A DNA stretch of 62,383 bases, the filler included, from Choristocarpus tenellus KU-1152 (lineage: Eukaryota; Protista; Phaeophyceae): NCBI GenBank assembly GCA_964200185.2. It is 8 parts of 8 records of this genome, joined end to end, with 100 filler letters (N's around TTAATTAATTAA, not from the genome) between each part and the next. Parts side by side here need not be neighbours in the genome. Positions count along the whole stretch, not along the records: positions 19,251 to 33,329 come from CAXNAD020001281.1; positions 33,430 to 42,368 come from CAXNAD020004177.1; 6 more parts are not named here. The stretch is one strand, 5' to 3'. This document shows positions 22,762 to 36,391 of this stretch, in pieces. The stretch's first letter is position 1. Each line of letters starts with the position of its first letter. The notes beneath the pieces were generated by a model. That model did not search any database and was not told the DNA's origin. It saw only the letters and a program-made list of their open reading frames with translations. The translations under genes were made by a program, and so were the position numbers.

Positions 22762-25700
22762 CTACTTCTTCTCCTTATCTGCCTTCTGGCGGAGGCGGAT
22801 ACCAGCCAACTTTTGATCGTTACGGGCAATCCGCCTTTCACTGTAGCAGTTCTTGTTCTTCATCTCCTGTTCCACAGCCAACAAGAGTTTCAAATTCCCA
22901 CAATAGTAGCAGAAATTGGTGAGACCTCAAAAATGAGTAAAAAGGAGATTTCTTTTTATTAAAAGAAAAAATTACATCTTCAACGTCAGTGATACGACTC
23001 AAACAACATTGTTTATGTAGTTGTCCTTGATCTTCAGATGATTTTTTTTAAAAGGAAGAGTGCATTTAAACTCAAACAGAATATTGACAGTTCCCCTCCT
23101 TACAGCACACCCAGCCGTAGACATTATGACATTATCTCTCTTACCTCAGTGATAGTCTGGAACTCTACAGCCGGGGTGTTCTTGACCAAAGGCATCACAG
23201 GGCCGGCCACCTGATAGACCAAACACCCGAAACAAAGATTATCAGAAAAAGGTAAAAACATACAGACAAGTCCAACAAAATATACTAGACTTTATCCATT
23301 CTGAAGTCATGCACAGAATGGTTGCACCATAGTGACCAAAACCTCTTCATAACCTTTGCTCTCATACACTAAAGGTCAATACCTGGCATCCCAGACACAC
23401 CTCGAACACGTGTACCTGTTCAAAAAATCATTTTCTTCTAGGTACCATGAAAAAACATTAGCATGAACTTCATAACTTCATACCATTCCAATTTATTGCA
23501 CTACTAGAAACACACATACACAAAACCACCAGATAACAATACCCCCATTCCCTCAACAAAAAACCAAGGCTTACTTCACACCAGCAGCATTCTCAAGAAA
23601 GTAACAGTAACATCAACCTAGCACATTCGAGTACAGAGAACTGTTAGGTACCCACATAAGACGAAAAACCCACTCATTAATCTCTCTAGGGCATATGCGT
23701 ACTTGGCAAGAATATCTTATCTTCTGGCTGAAACAATAAAACACCAAAAATTATTCTTTTTATTTATTATCTTTTGGGAAGGACAAAAAAAAGTCAACCA
23801 TCATAACTCCTACAACTCAAGAAAAACACAACCAAGCACCACATAAAACATCACAAACTTGCACCTACTATCCCTGCCCCTCTTCACATCACTGTCTTAG
23901 CACTCATCACCTGGGTGGCAGCAGCAGTCTCAGCAGCAGCAGAGTCGCCCATCTTGGGCTTCTGGTTACTTCCACGGGGGAAGATGATGAGCTTCGCACG
24001 GTAGTCCTTTAGGCGTTGCACATTGGTCTCAAGGGATGCTTCCTGTGGTGTTGAGTAGAAGTGGGATGAGAAAGAGATAGCAAAAAAAGGCTCTGATATA
24101 CAGAACACATTCTGTCCACTCATGTTTCCTACTACCTCACCCACCAGGCAACACAGCTCTAAACCCAAGTCTTGCGCACTCTAAACTCGAAGTTACGCCC
24201 AACTGTACCAATTACACACCAAAAAAAGTAGCCATATACACATCACGCACTTTCCCTCTTGATCTACAACTAATGCGGGGAAGGATAAACCACATACTCT
24301 CTACTCCATGCGCTTCATGCCTGTGAGAGTTACCATGGCATCACAGATCTGTGGAGGACACATTATGGCTGCTCTGGTAGGAGTGGCAATGTGAGCCAAA
24401 TCTGCCAACAAAAAATCCACTTCAACAAGAAAGTTATCATAAGGAGGGCCGCCTAAACTACAGAATATGCAAATAATTCTACACTTCACACACCTAGCAT
24501 TGAATCCTTACATACCTGAATATGATACGCCTAGCAAGATTTCAACCCCACGCCCCCACAAACACAAGCCAGTGTGACAGACAGCATGCACGTTCTTCTC
24601 ATCAGTTGACAGTGTGATTACCGATTTGTTTCCTGGCACTTTCACTCACCGATTTGTTTGAGCGGCGGTGGTCAACAGCAATTCCAATGGTCAGGGCCAC
24701 CTTCTTGGAGATTCCTGCCTCCTACAAAAACAGGTTCAATGACATTAATAATTAGAGCAAGAAAATGAGTATTTCTCAGTGCAGGGACAACAGCGAACCT
24801 GTAACCTCCACCATTTTCTACACACCCGAAGCTGTGTCGAACTCCTCCACCTAGTACATTCATGTTAGCTTGAGTTTTGATATAACTTGAAACAAATTAG
24901 GTGTCCATTGAGTGGATGCGGGTACCATTAAACAAGGACAATACTCCTGAGAATATATATATTTTTGTATCAACAAAAAAAAAGAGCACAAAAGATTTCA
25001 GAAATGCTCAATGATCACTGCTCTCCTAGACGTAAGTCAGGTTCTGCTTTACTGATACAAAGATCTTAGTGACAGGTGAGCACCCTCTTTTCTCTATCCA
25101 ACACAAAACACCACTAGGTTTCTACAAGAGAGCAGAAAGTATAAAATATGTTCTTTACATACAGCCTAGTTTACAGAGCGCTAGTTTGCTTACTATCTCA
25201 TAGCACGTATCAATTCCAACCTTCCCTTTTTCTCCTCAGAGATCAGAAAAAAATTTCAATCAAATTCTCTACACTGCTACCATCCATTCACCTGAAATCC
25301 CAAACCCACAACTCAACCTGTTCCATTTAAAACAAAAATTATGGACCACTCAATCAATAGCACAGACAACTTACGTATCACCAAGGATGTTACAACACCC
25401 TTTTTCTACACCCACCCCTCCATTGCAATACAGCCCCAATTCTAGCAAATTTGGAACCACAATCATGTAGCACATAACGCACACGAACTGAGACATTTCC
25501 CCTTCCCCTTCCCTGACATATAATACCCCAATAAGTAACCACAGTGTTTCCAGTTTACACAGTCCTGAACAAGGACCCGGCCAACATGTGCAACTGACCT
25601 TAAGCTCCGCCAGGCTGAACCCACGGCCAAGTCGGACCTTGGAGTTGTACTGCTCGTGGAGGCAATAGAACATCACACAACACATTTCACCACGGTTCAG

Positions 25701-28495
25701 TTAGAGGATGGTGAACGATGCCCGACTTTATGTTAGATCAAATTCCCCCCAGGGCCAACAAAGGCAGTCTACAGAGACCTTAGCCTCCCACAGCACTGAA
25801 CAAAGAAAAATCAAGTGATCAACCATAAGACAAATCCAAGAAGCATGAACAATGACAACATCCTCAGGAAGTAAAATCAGTAGCATTTACAAACTGAGAA
25901 ACTCAACAGTTGAAATGGAGTCAACTGGAAAATTTCCAATGAAGTCGATTGAACTGTTGTTGCGGAGTGAAACTCAAGTGAAAACATAACTGATCACAAA
26001 GCGACACATGATGCCAACAAGGCAAACAAACACTCCCCAGATTGAATGGAGTCTCTCCCGAGGCACAAAATTTTGCCTTGGCGTAAGGACAATTTCAAAG
26101 TTGTGAATGCATAGGAAGTTGCGTGCGGGCAGTGACATATCGCCACAAATGCACTAGATTGCGCCATTCTCTGTCCTCTCGCATGTTCATTCACACTTCT
26201 GCTTGTTTAGTAAGGAAATAAAACTACCCGAACTCCTGTTCTTTAGTTATCAGGTATTTTTGTTTGACTGAACTGAAGCGGTCCACTACATTGAACTCAA
26301 GAAACAGTTCCTCTGATCATTCCCACCTAAACAAAACATCTCTTTACACTGCAAGGAAGTGCAGGAACACAAGAAAACTCCAAGAAATGCCCCCAAAATT
26401 TTAACTCAGAGTAGCATTTGTTTGATCACCCAGCTCCTGTTCCATCACTAGGGTAACTGTGAAATTCTCTACATGAACCACAACTGAAGAGCATGAATAT
26501 TTTCCACCATACCAACAAAAAAATAGAAAATATGCTCCATAGGTGCTGGATTAAAAATGTTATTAAATAGATACTGCATACACTACACTACGAACAAAAC
26601 TAAGATAAACTGCAACTCAGTAAATCTTATCTCAAAACCAGTCTGGAGAAGATCACATGCACAATGAATATTGACACGATTGAATCCCACATATATAGAT
26701 GGAACCAAAATACACTTTTTGTTAACCTCTGCCAAAAACTTGATCCATCCATGGAGACAGAAATGCGGTCATTGACAAAAGGTAAGACTTGAATCACTTC
26801 CAAATATAGACTTGATTCTCTGCTTTTGTGTCACAGTGAAAGAGTTTATAATCGCACACAGCATGTTTTCAGGTCAACATTATTCCCTTCAGTACCTACA
26901 GTCTCCTCACACAGGATATAATGAGTTGAAAATTCAAGAAACTCTAAAATGTCTGTGCATATCTGATACTAGTTCCATGAAATCAGTGGAAATCCTTTCC
27001 CCATTGCAGCCTTGTAACAGAGGCATTGGTTCCACCAACGGGTCGCATCAGATTACTAATCAATCTAAGATGTTATGAAAGAACATCTATTGAAAAAGGA
27101 AAGTTATTATTTCCCCTAAATCCACACTACATATCCTTCTCGCCATCCCACATACCGCTGTTGTCATTTCCAGTACACCTACTCATCATCCACATAACGC
27201 TAATCAAGCATTCATGTTGGTAGGTTAACCTGACCATCCTCTTCAAATATCTCAGAAGGCGACACTTCAACCCAGGACACAACTCGTACAACAATCTGCC
27301 ACATTATCAATTACAAACACCTCTTTTTTCCATTTTTCCCCCCAAAGAGAATTTGCCATGTGTGCAGTTTTATGGTCCTGTGGGTAAACCCGACGAGGAT
27401 CCAGGCGATATTATTGGAACCATTGTCTCCTGAACTTTTACATACGAGCGGCATAAATCTAACAAAACTACACCTATGCATTCCTTCTTGCTGCACATGT
27501 TTACATGCGAGCTGACCATTGTGTACCACCATATTAAATCATCCCATATCACTGGACACAACAACTAACACATTTCATACACTTGGGATGCTCAAAAGGC
27601 CAAGCACGTCTCACCTTGATGGTAGGGCAGTGCACCGCCGGCCTCAAAAGCTCCGTGGGGCGCGGTGCCATTTTCGCGGCCTTAGCCTGCCGCTTCTGGC
27701 GGCGGATCTTCTTCTTGGCTGGCTACTCTCAACGAAGTAAAGAAAATGCGAAGGAAAAGATAAGATCGGCTGCCACACATAGTCATCGCTTCAGAATCGT
27801 ATTAAATCGACTAGCAAGATTAACACAAGAACAAGCTCTTCACAGAGCATTGTCCTGGAGAGACCTCCGGTTTGGCTATGAGCGACAGGTCATTGTCGAG
27901 GCAATACGGAGGTTTCTAGAGGGTAGAAGAGTATATTTTTTCCAATACCTAAAACTAACTTCCTCAGGAAAGCAGTACAAACGCAAATAGATATTACCCT
28001 GCACCGATAAGGTTTTAACACACCCCTCAAGGATAGTTCTAGCATACTGTAATGCAACATGCCAAATCCGCCTAAGCAGAAGTACCCCTACGAATGCCCA
28101 CTGCACCAACTCTTCAACCTTTCACCACAGTTATAATTCTGCACACTGCTCAGTTTTCAACTTCAACAAATGGTCAAGCATCTGCAAATGTGAGTGGATG
28201 TCCAGGCGCCACCCACTACCATGAAAGCCCACCAACGATCACGGGATGGAACTTGAATCTTTCCTTTCATAGCACATTCCACGGCATTATAAGGTTCCTT
28301 AAACTTACGCCCACCAGCACGTTCTTCAAAGGGATACGATTAAAGGCAGGTTTAGCTCTTCTTGAGCTTGTGATCCCTCCTCCAAGGTAAAGAAGTCCAC
28401 ACCCTGTTCCTCACCTGGTCGAACCATGTCCGCACCCTACGCTGCCACTTCTTGTGGAAGTGTTGATTAGGCAACACATTGTTGTGCTTCACCAT
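22762..28495 (-). CDS. RPL13: 60S ribosomal protein eL13 (204 aa, 7 exons)
   Basis: Exons 28495-28415, 27722-27615, 25649-25599, 24721-24650, 24042-23911, 23210-23145, 22866-22762. Reads [105 protein letters not shown]../..KADKEKK*; all introns GT-AG. Confidence 0.97.
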
Positions 28496-30237
28496 CTTGA
28501 CACAAGGGGTTTATCCCCGACTATACTCAGGGCACTGAGTGGGAGAGAGACACAGGGCTAGGCCTGCCACACACCCAAACCAATCGAATAGTGTTGATGC
28601 AACGGAATAGCTGCAACTATAAATTTGGTGTTTATACAAAACTGGAGTGATAAGGGAACAAATTTAGATGTTGCTACGTTCATAGTTTCCAAAGGAGGCG
28701 TTATCAACACTTTGTAAAAACGAAAGACCAAAACCACACTCCTTACGAAGTTTTTGAAGAGCGAAGATTGCTATGTTAAGTACAAGAAGCAACGTATTAA
28801 CTTCCACCGCTTGTCGTATCTCCCTTTTCCCATCCCCCACCTCTCATGGAACACCATCCTCTAAGAGATTGCATAGTCTGTCCTCGAGGACTCTCAACAT
28901 GTCGAGTAGTGAACAGATAGAATCGATGGTAGAGACGACACACGACACTGCTCAGAAAATGACCATCTACGATAATAAGGTTCTGACACAGAGCATCAAA
29001 GGCAGTACCAGGAGGGAGTCAGTTATACCTGGCAGAGGCCATCGTATCATTTGATTACTCAATCGCTACTGATCAGGAGTTGTTTCAGGGGGGGAGTAGT
29101 TGGTATGCCGTTCTCGTACATACGATCTGACACAGAGCACACACATTTCAACTCTTCGATCAGTCACCGCGAAAGGACAAAAGTTGGTGAAAGGAAACAT
29201 ATCGTGTACCGTGAGGGTGCTGTCGTAGTGTGCCTAAATCACAAAGTGACATCGACCATAATTTTCCATCAGTTAAGAACCATATGCCACACAAGTGTAA
29301 TTAGTATTGTGCTTTTTCACCTCTACATTTTTATAGTTCAACACACCTACAATCTAATTACGTACATCATTCCCACAATTTCTTCCGTTGTGGGTGTTCT
29401 ACGCATGAGGATAGTATCTCCAGACATGATTGGGAATATTCACCTTGCGAATCCTACTTTGCGACTTTTCTCCGTCATCTCATTCTGCCAATCTACGCAA
29501 TCTCTACGCTGCAAATAATGATGTAGCAACCACCATGAATCCGGTTTTGACAGAACATTGCCCCACGTTCTGCAGTGTGTACTTCCTCTTATATAGGGAT
29601 CCCTACCAAGAGGGATCGACATGCCACCAGGACGGAAACATGTCTGCATCAAGAACATTTTGAAAAGCATGAATAGAAAGTGAACTTTATCATGTATGTC
29701 AAGTACAGGCGTTGATTTTGCAATTGAGTGATAATAGGGTGGAAAACGCCTTTCATATGCGAAGGATTCCAGCCTCATTGATCAAAATAGGAAAAGATAG
29801 GGTACAGGATGACGTACCACTATGTCCAACCAGTGATCAATAAAACCTCTACCTTACAGTTAAGTGTCGTATCCTTAAAGATTTTAGTTAGAACTATGAA
29901 TAGCTTCAAGGACCTCCACCCGATATTTTGAATGCCATCTCCCTCAGACTATTACTGCAAATGGGTTATTTGATGCCTTTTTTGGACAGTCTTGCTTGTG
30001 ATGGTTGAACAAACAAATCGAATCTACAACTGGAAACGACTCATTTTCTAGTATGTGTGTGTGTGTGTGACCCAAAATAAATATGCAACTAGGAAGGAAA
30101 AACTGGGAGGGTCTATTTGTCAACCAAACAGGAGAACAGCCCTTGCACTAATTCACATGACATACGTGACTACTCCTAGTATGTGTGTAAATTCACTATA
30201 TCTTTCCTTAAACCTTGGTTCATTATTTGTACTGTGT

Positions 30238-30260
30238 AACCCTAACCCTAACCCTAACCT
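30238..30260 (+). repeat. Short interstitial telomere-like (CCCTAA)n tract
   Basis: AACCCTAACCCTAACCCTAACCT. Confidence 0.7.
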
Positions 30261-31987
30261 GAACACAAAACTAACCTAGTGTAGTATATGGCACCACCCA
30301 TGCCACAAACTTCCAAGAACAGATTGGTCTTACCATTGAACTGGGCACAAACTTGTGCTGATCTTCCCACTTCACTTTCATGAAGTGTTAAAATACTTGA
30401 AAGGAGGACTTATCTAGAGATCTCGACAATAGGTACTTCTGTTCTAAATAACAGAATACTAAGGTAGTATCCTGTATTCATATGCAATATACATACCATA
30501 TTATCAATACAATAACCCAGCATTCTATTCTTGATTACACCGTTCATTCCAACACATTATAAGGAAATGGAAAAATCAAAATTACAATCATATTTGTACT
30601 GCCATAGAGAGAAACATTTGGTTGATTTAGGGCTTCAATAACATTCTCAACAAGTCCACACATACAACGGGCTACTAACCAAAAACCAAATAACATATCA
30701 TGGGTACTTTACAATGGCATATCTCTTCCAACCAAAAACGGACCAGCGTTAGGACTTTTCATTAGTCGCGATTTCAATAGGCACAACTCCATTGGAGTGT
30801 CAAACTAAGTGGCAGTTCTTCAGTGTGTCTCTCCTGACCAAACGACTGTACAACATGTGCTCCTTTTAAAATACACCATATAATTGGATGTGTGCACTAC
30901 TCCATAGCATCCACATGAGCAAAGGTCTTTAAACTCATTCACAATAATTTTTTACCGTTAGCAGGAACGCCTTCAAACTATGTGATACAACAAGATGCTC
31001 AGCGAGCCTGCGCAACTTTTCGACTTACAAAATCACATTATTTTAGACTGATTTCATTAGATTTGGACCTCTGCAAATTAATAGATTGGTAGATATCAGA
31101 ATTCTGAATGATAAATATATACTGAGATACAATTTTTATCTCTCACGATTTGTCACTTTCAGAATGAAAAAAATGGAAGACTTGAGAGTATGTAAGTCCA
31201 AATGTATTCACTCCCACGCAGCAACAATTCAAATTATCTGGAGCTGTGCATGATCGTCTTTGGGTTAGGGTTGAGGATTGGACAGTAAGCTCTTCTTTCA
31301 AGAAAAAGAATAGCACCAGCTAGAATTGGCAAACAATACATACAGTTGTCACCAACATTTGCACCTATGATGTCTGTCACCTGTTGATAATTACTTACAC
31401 ATAGGAAATACAGTTTGCAGGCGGAATCGTGAGACGTAGCCAACTGAATGAAAAGATAAACAAGGCTTATCAACTATATTGATCATGTTTGGACAATTGA
31501 GCACCAACACACCTTCAAAAAGTAACCATCAACAATTGAGAGGAATTGGCACAAACATTGTAAGGACACAGAGACAAAGCATATAGAATAATATATTTCA
31601 TACACAAAAAATATGCATTTGGGAATCGCCCCGACCAAAAAAATGAATCCACGTACCCTACCCTCTCCTATCCCTACCAACTCTTCACTGGCAAACCCCA
31701 CAAAACAGTCCACCTCATGGAACATGGCAAAGCCCACACTTCAAAAACAACTAGGAGAAAAAGCAAAAAGAATATTACATTTCAGAAACAGAAAATAGTG
31801 CACACCCTCCCCTTGCCAAAACGGTGAAAATTAAACAACTCCAAGCAGCTGCACGTACTATCCCCTCTTAACCCCTCAAAAATATGTATGCCCATTTCTG
31901 TAAGTCACAACCACAATAGCCAGCCTGCAAACAACGCCAACCTTGCATACATGAAACCCTTCACTATTTATCATATTCCCAACTAAA

Positions 31988-33033
31988 TCATCGTTTCCGA
32001 GACATCAACACTCCAGCCAGGAGCCCAACAGCAGCAATTCCGGCGGCAGCTGCAGTTGCTGTAGTTACATCTACGTATGGTAGCATGGGGGGGGGGAAGC
32101 ACAAGCGAAGGGAAAGAAGGGGGCGTTAAGCAGGGTGACCACTTGACAACAACATACAATTCTTACCTGGACATACTTTCATAGCACAGATTATTCAATA
32201 ATCCGTATCAATGTTGTGAGAAACTGAAACTAATCACTGCAGCAATACAGTGGGCCACAAAAGAACAGTATCATTTCACTGGAGATATGTAAGAGCCAGG
32301 GGTGGAGGCAAAAGGTATAGGGATGCATTACACATCCATATCAATTGCATTCAAAACACCTCGACCACTAATGCTTCCACGACCTCAACCTCTTTCCAAC
32401 ACGTAGGAAGCTCTTGCTTGGCAATATTTCACAACAGTATCAAGAAACTCCCGAAAATGGGAAAACAAAAAACTTATCCTGTCAATTTGTTAAAATAAAA
32501 TTCAATGTCAAGCTTACTCCCCGATTGTCTTATCGGCCCGCTCTGCTACCACAAACAATGACTTATTATTAGTATCATTATTGATATTATTATTATTATT
32601 ATTATTATTATTATCTAACTTGTGATTGCATAAGCACTACAGGACAAAAAGCATCCATACATACACATATAAAAACAATAAAATACACAAGAACAACCGT
32701 AAACCCACGAACCTCTCCAAGGATTGAAAAAAGGACCCTTGATCAACCACTCCACTCTTCCTCTACCACCAACCAATGTATCAGGTAGAGGTGAAAAGGT
32801 GTCTTGAATTGGAGCTCTAATATACATACATCCACCCACCCACCCACCCCCCACGTAAAATCAACCTCCAACACAAAATGTAGTCCGTATATACGGGACA
32901 CCCCCTGTTGCTCTTACTCCTCTTTTCAATGGCTTCGACCACTGCCCTGTGTAGAGTAAGGCCAGAAGGCATGTCAGGGTCCATCCTTAGAACAAGCTCC
33001 ACCCGTTCCCGGCACTCTTTGTATCTCTTCATC
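31988..33033 (-). CDS. FIS1: Fis1-like mitochondrial/peroxisomal fission protein, last two exons (5'-truncated)
   Basis: Exon 33033-32918 MKRYKECRERVELVLRMDPDMPSGLTLHRAVVEAIEKR resembles the Fis1 second TPR (Y..R.....L..EP.N....L...I...I). Exon 32070-31988 (N)VTTATAAAAGIAAVGLLAGVLMSRKR* is a hydrophobic tail anchor with a basic end. Phases match. Confidence 0.65.
32565..32614 (+). repeat. (TTA)n microsatellite
   Basis: Imperfect ttattatta run. Confidence 0.85.
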
Positions 33034-33183
33034 CTGTGACATCATCATTCGGTTCCATTACGGTATCATTTGATGATGGCAAGAAAGGTGAGTCAGTGGT
33101 GTAGTGGTGTGAAATCCAGAGGGAAAAGCATTGGAAGTTGAGATGACCTTGCGATGCAGGAATGACAAGGTCAACTGGGAATG

Positions 33184-33216
<33 letters not shown>

Positions 33217-33329
33217 AGGCTAGGGTGGGGAATTAGTTGGCGAAACAACACCACCTCCTCATACCACCCTTACCCCCCCCCCCCCCCCCCCCCCCCCCCC
33301 ACCTGGACCAAAAAAAACAAAAACAACCC

Positions 33330-33429
33330 NNNNNNNNNNNNNNNNNNNNNNNNNNNNNNNNNNNNNNNNNNNNTTAATTAATTAANNNNNNNNNNNNNNN
33401 NNNNNNNNNNNNNNNNNNNNNNNNNNNNN
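33330..33429. other. Artificial contig linker
   Basis: N44-TTAATTAATTAA-N44. Confidence 0.98.
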
Positions 33430-33499
33430 CCAAAAATCGCGACATGAAAAAATTGACCCCAAATGGACAGCCGCCACCCCCTCCCAGATACTTTGAGTC
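33430..33499 (+). mobile_element. MITE family A right half at contig start
   Basis: CAAAAATCGCGACATG..GACCCCAAATGGACAGCCGCCACCCCCTCCCAGATACTTTGAGTC. Confidence 0.85.
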
Positions 33500-33599
33500 A
33501 TCCTTCCCTCGCTCCTTGCCCACCTTCGTAGTGCTAGGCTGGAACCATACAGTAATGTGAACGTCGGTTTGTGTGGAACAGGTTCACAGGGGATCTTGA

Positions 33600-33726
33600 G
33601 TATAGTTCAGTCTCTTTTTTCTTAAACAAGTCTTTCACAAATGACCACTCTTGTACAAGTTTATTCATCTTAATTTTGTTCTATTCCGAACACATCTGGA
33701 AATGTCAAAGGGCAAAATAATATAAT
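33600..33726 (+). repeat. Degenerate copy of repeat D (putative CRE-like retrotransposon 3' end)
   Basis: ACACATCTGGAAATGTCAAAGGGCAAAATAATATAAT matches the ends of 49557-49750 and 50170-50357. Confidence 0.55.
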
Positions 33727-36391
33727 TCCTGACCTTCGCCAGACTGGGGTGAAGAATTTTAAAGAAGAGTTTCGTCTTAGTCGGTTGTAAGGTAAGTCTA
33801 CAAGAATTGTTGTTGACGACATTTCGGATCATGTGTTTCGTTCAAGGTAATTTCGCAACGTTGTGTCACTCTGTAAACTTTCAATGTAATAGTTGGCTGA
33901 AAGCAGGATTTTGTGGACTGATAGTTGGCAGGCTGTAAAATTTCCCCCCTAAACTTAACATCGCTGATGCGATTGTAGCTTTGTTTTGTTGTTGATGTCG
34001 TTGTTGTTGTTGTGATACTGACAAAACGTTTGGTTTGGGTACGTTTTTTTAGTGGTTGGGTAAGCTGACTGGCTGACTGGGGTAGTGCCTGCTTGCCTTC
34101 TCCATAGTCCTGTGGGCCAACTTAGCCCCTCCTCACTCATCCCACAGCCACCCAGCATCGATTGTGTGCTCACTTTTATCTATGCCGAGGCTAGGACTTG
34201 TCATCATTTGCACTCAACTGTGTAGTGGTATAGGGCACTAAATAGCATGCTATGTAGTGTCATATAATACATGTAGGATTGCGAGTGCTTATAGCATCCG
34301 TGGTGCCTGTGGTGCTTCTAGACCTGCTACTAACACAATATTTTGCTGTATATACTACTGCTTCAATTACTCAATGTGCCCATTAGGCCGACTGCTACTA
34401 ACTGTGTCCTAGTGCCTGTCTTGAAGGTGGTATGTACATGGTCATTGCCCTCGCTGTCATGCTGAACGTCACCCTACCAACAAAGAAAAGGAGTTCAATC
34501 GTGGCTGTTCTCACTGCTGCCCACAGGCATCTTTGGCAAGGGACTCATTGATTTATACAAATGTACACATTTTTAGTGCTTCAACTGTGCCATCACTGTG
34601 ACAATATTGCTATCTATCCACGCGATAAAAATAATTTCCAATATCAAAATACATACAGTACGGATGCCTTCCAATCCTTACTACATAGATGTACCTGGTT
34701 TATGGTAGAAGACATTGGTTACATTTGCTCAACCTGCCCAGGAGCGAAGGGATGTACACAGACTACTTAATACTGGAGGTGTTACACACTTTCTCGTCAA
34801 TGTCATGCTTGCTTTCCTTGACTAGCTTCATGATATCTCTTGGTTTGTTACAGTTGATTCTATCATCTGTTTGCTGTGGACATGATCGTGGAATTTAAAT
34901 ACCTACGTATTTCTACAGGGCACATAGGCATCTTACATGCTACTTGCTCCTTACTGCAAAACATGGTGTTGGGTCTTTGCATAGTATCACATTGATATCA
35001 ATAATCGTATATGGACTTGTTGTGGATGATTAGTCTTAAACACCCAATGTTCCTGTAAATCAGCGTGTACTTCATCCTTCTCCTGTGTGGCATGTGTGCA
35101 AAATGTTGGAGAACAGGGTGTAAAGATAAACTTAGTAACCTTATCATTCCATATCCAAGGCTCTTATGCGTGAGTGCAGATGCTGTGTTTTGACCATGAT
35201 GTACTCCCGGTATATGTGTGATTCAAGAAGAGGGATATCTATTGATAATTTCATCAGCAGTTCTTACATTTGGCATCCTACTTCAAAATATCACCAAGAG
35301 TAATATTAATTTGTTGATGAAACCATCATGTTGGATGCTGCAATCCCTTACTTTCTTCTATTACTGGCACGATACCTGATGCATGTTACACTAGGGAGGT
35401 TAATTTTCTCTGTGGTATCGTTATCGGGGAAATCTCTCTTTGTGATTTATGATGAAAAGTGTGGAGATGAGCTGGATATGGGGCCATTTCCCTTGACAAA
35501 TATCAATAGTCTTCTGCCCTTGCTGTTGGTCTTTGCAGCAACTGTTACTTGCATTAATAGAAACATATAAACCTGATATTCTGCATAAATATATTTGTAC
35601 TCTGGGTGCATCATCTCTTGACATTGGGCATAGCCAACACAGAGCTCATGGCTACCACTCCTACAAAACTAAATTTCTCTCTTTGGATGTGTTTGTGTAT
35701 GAACCACATGGCAGGTGAGGGATCATCGTCTGTTAGTACCTTTGGGTTAGTGGAGAATTATAGTGGAGGGTACAGTGGCTATTATCTAGCAGGTATAGTA
35801 ATAGTATCAATGGTGCTTGACACTTAAGCTTCAGGGGAGACTACAGGAAAATAGATAGGGGTGTGTGTGTGTGTGATGTGATCTGAAGAAAAGGATACAT
35901 CTCTAAAGTGTAAGTAGGCCAGATGGGTGGCGATGATGAGATCCACTTGAAGGCTCAGTTCAAGTTCAAGTTTGAAAGAACCAACAGCATACCTTCTTGA
36001 AGTCAACAGTATTGCATATTTGCAAGGGAAAAAGGTAGTCCTCACCTATGCCAGTACTCACCAGTGACACATTGTCTTGCCATTCACACACGCTAGTTTT
36101 TGCTCTTCTTTGTTAATACTGCTGGCATTCCCTACCCTCACCCACAAAGTCCATGCACCCCTTGTTTGAATGGAAAGGATCTCAAAAGATGTAGATATCC
36201 CCCTCCGCCCTCCTTGTTAGACCAAAAGAAACGGGTGTACTTGGAAGATAACAAAATGATGTAGGAGGTGGTAGGTGTAACTACACTACAAAGGTATCTC
36301 CAGGCAACACTCCTTTCCACTGTATGCCTGTTGCATGCCAAAAGGGCTGCTGCTCAAGGAGTGGGAAGGTCTCTCCATCACCTGTTGTCAC

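Noticed and set aside
27048-27189. Possible C/D-box snoRNA in RPL13 intron 2 (ATGATGA..CTGA on minus)
   Set aside because: About 140 nt between the boxes, no terminal stem and no recognisable rRNA guide.
28899-28979. Possible first exon divergent from RPL13 (MSSSEQIESMVETTHDTAQKMTIYDNK)
   Set aside because: Weak donor, and no downstream exon chain or homology could be established.
34427-35714. Possible small plus-strand exons (WYVHGHCPRC..GCSHCCPQ; exon ending at 35714)
   Set aside because: Ambiguous frames and splice sites; no recognisable protein.
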